NCBI GenBank assembly: GCA_963832165.1
Contig: CAWHTE010000002.1
Location: 160,001 to 224,000 of the forward strand
DNA: 64,000 nucleotides
From: an uncultured delta proteobacterium
GTDB lineage: Bacteria > Myxococcota_A > UBA9160 > SMWR01
Direction: 5' to 3'
Position numbers and translations under genes: made by a program. Position 1 is the stretch's first letter. Each line of letters opens with the position of its first letter. Positions 62,869 to 64,000 of the stretch are shown here, piece after piece. Under the pieces are notes generated by a model, which was not told where the DNA came from, did not search any database, and was given only the letters and a program-made list of their open reading frames with translations.

Positions 62869-63771
62869 TCAGATCCGCTGCAACCACTCTGCGATCGCGC
62901 GGCCGATCTCGTCGGGTGAATCTTCCTGGATGAAGTGCGAGCCGCGCACGCGCACCTCGGTCTGGTTCGGAAACGAGCGACAGAACTCGCGCTGGGCGCC
63001 GATCAGGATCGCGCCCGGATCCGCATCGATGAACAGCTTCGGCACGTCGCAGCGAGCGAGCCAATCGGCGTAGCTCTGCACGATCGCGACGACGTCGGCG
63101 GGCTCACCGTCGAGCGGGATCTGGCGCGGCCACGAGAGCGTCGGGCGCCGGTCCTCACCCGGAGTGCGGAACGGTCGCCGGTAGACCTCCATCTCCGCGT
63201 CGCCGAGCACGCGCAGCACGGAGGACGGAAGCACCCGTTCGATGAACAGGTTGTGCTCGAGCACCATCGCCTCGCCGGCCGGCGAGCGGAAGCCCTCGAA
63301 CACCTTGCGCGCGGCTTCGGGCCACTCGCCCCAGCGCAGCGGGCACACGATCGCCTCCATGTACGCGATGCCGCGCAGCGCGTCCGGATGGCGCCGCGCC
63401 CAGTCGAAGCCGAGCGCCGAGCCCCAGTCGTGAATCACCAGCGTGACGTTCTCGCGAACCCCGAGCTGCTCGAGCAGCGCGTCGAAATAACGCCGGTGCT
63501 CGACGAACGTGTAGCGGTCGGGTCCGCTGCCCGGAAGCTTGGCCGAGTCGCCCATTCCGATCAGATCGGGCGCGATGCAGCGGCCCAGGCCTGCCAGGTG
63601 CGGGATCACGTTGCGCCACAGATACGACGAGGTGGGGTTGCCGTGCTGGAACACGATCGGATCGCCGCTGCCGACCTCGACGTACGCCATCTCCAGCCCG
63701 AGCACCGACGCGCGCCGCTTCGGGTAGCGCTCGTCGGACGGGATCGCCGTGGCCGGGTCCGCCATCTCCAT
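62869..63771 (-). CDS. Haloalkane dehalogenase (LinB/DhaA-like)
   Basis: [12 protein letters not shown], nucleophile [26 protein letters not shown]. Confidence 0.93.
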   Translation of the reverse strand: MEMADPATAIPSDERYPKRRASVLGLEMAYVEVGSGDPIVFQHGNPTSSYLWRNVIPHLAGLGRCIAPDLIGMGDSAKLPGSGPDRYTFVEHRRYFDALLEQLGVRENVTLVIHDWGSALGFDWARRHPDALRGIAYMEAIVCPLRWGEWPEAARKVFEGFRSPAGEAMVLEHNLFIERVLPSSVLRVLGDAEMEVYRRPFRTPGEDRRPTLSWPRQIPLDGEPADVVAIVQSYADWLARCDVPKLFIDADPGAILIGAQREFCRSFPNQTEVRVRGSHFIQEDSPDEIGRAIAEWLQRI

Positions 63772-64000
63772 CTAGGACGGCATCAGCCTCTGCGCGCACT
63801 CGGGACAGATGCCGTGCGTGAGCTGAACGCCGGAGTGGTCGCGCATGAAGGCATCGAGCTGCTGCCAGTATCCCTTGTCGTCGCGCACCGCTTTGCAGTG
63901 AGAGCAGATCGGGATCAACCCGGAGAGCACCTTCACGCGGTCGAGCGCGGCCTGCAGCTCGCGGATCAGGCGCTCGCGTTCGTCCTCGGAGCGCACGCGT
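63772..64000 (-). CDS. C-terminus of a signalling protein (PAS/response-regulator type) with a Cys-rich tail; 5' part lies outside the window
   Basis: ERERLIRELQ.AL..VK.LSGLIPICSHCK.VRDDKGYW...THGICPEC. Confidence 0.75.
   Translation of the reverse strand, partial: RVRSEDERERLIRELQAALDRVKVLSGLIPICSHCKAVRDDKGYWQQLDAFMRDHSGVQLTHGICPECAQRLMPS

Overview
High-GC (roughly 70% by eye), densely coding bacterial chromosome segment. PEP-CTERM proteins, a sigma54 promoter, an LPS heptosyltransferase and a Rox-type rubber oxygenase suggest a Gram-negative Myxococcota/deltaproteobacterium-like organism (inference). About 60 CDS: housekeeping genes (pgi, uvrA, hslO, htpX, gcvP, ogt, greB, metF, cysK), an LPS/glycan operon with a radical SAM enzyme, and many lipid/terpenoid redox enzymes. 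No rRNA, tRNA, CRISPR array, prophage or transposase was seen. Most notable: (1) a dispersed ~39-bp element built from tandem C-GNA-G mini-hairpins, present in intergenic regions and also in-frame inside two protein genes in different reading frames, with compensatory stem changes; (2) a RoxB-like diheme rubber oxygenase 5 bp downstream of an FGE-domain PEP-CTERM gene, facing a divergent TetR across a palindromic operator and flanked by oxygenases; (3) a catalytically degenerate PD-(D/E)xK-like protein with a PcrA/UvrD-type C-terminal Tudor domain, divergent from a small alarmone hydrolase; (4) a candidate sRNA unit upstream of a PAS-LuxR gene; (5) three apparent single-site frameshifts that look like sequencing indels. 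All family assignments come from motif recognition, not from searches.
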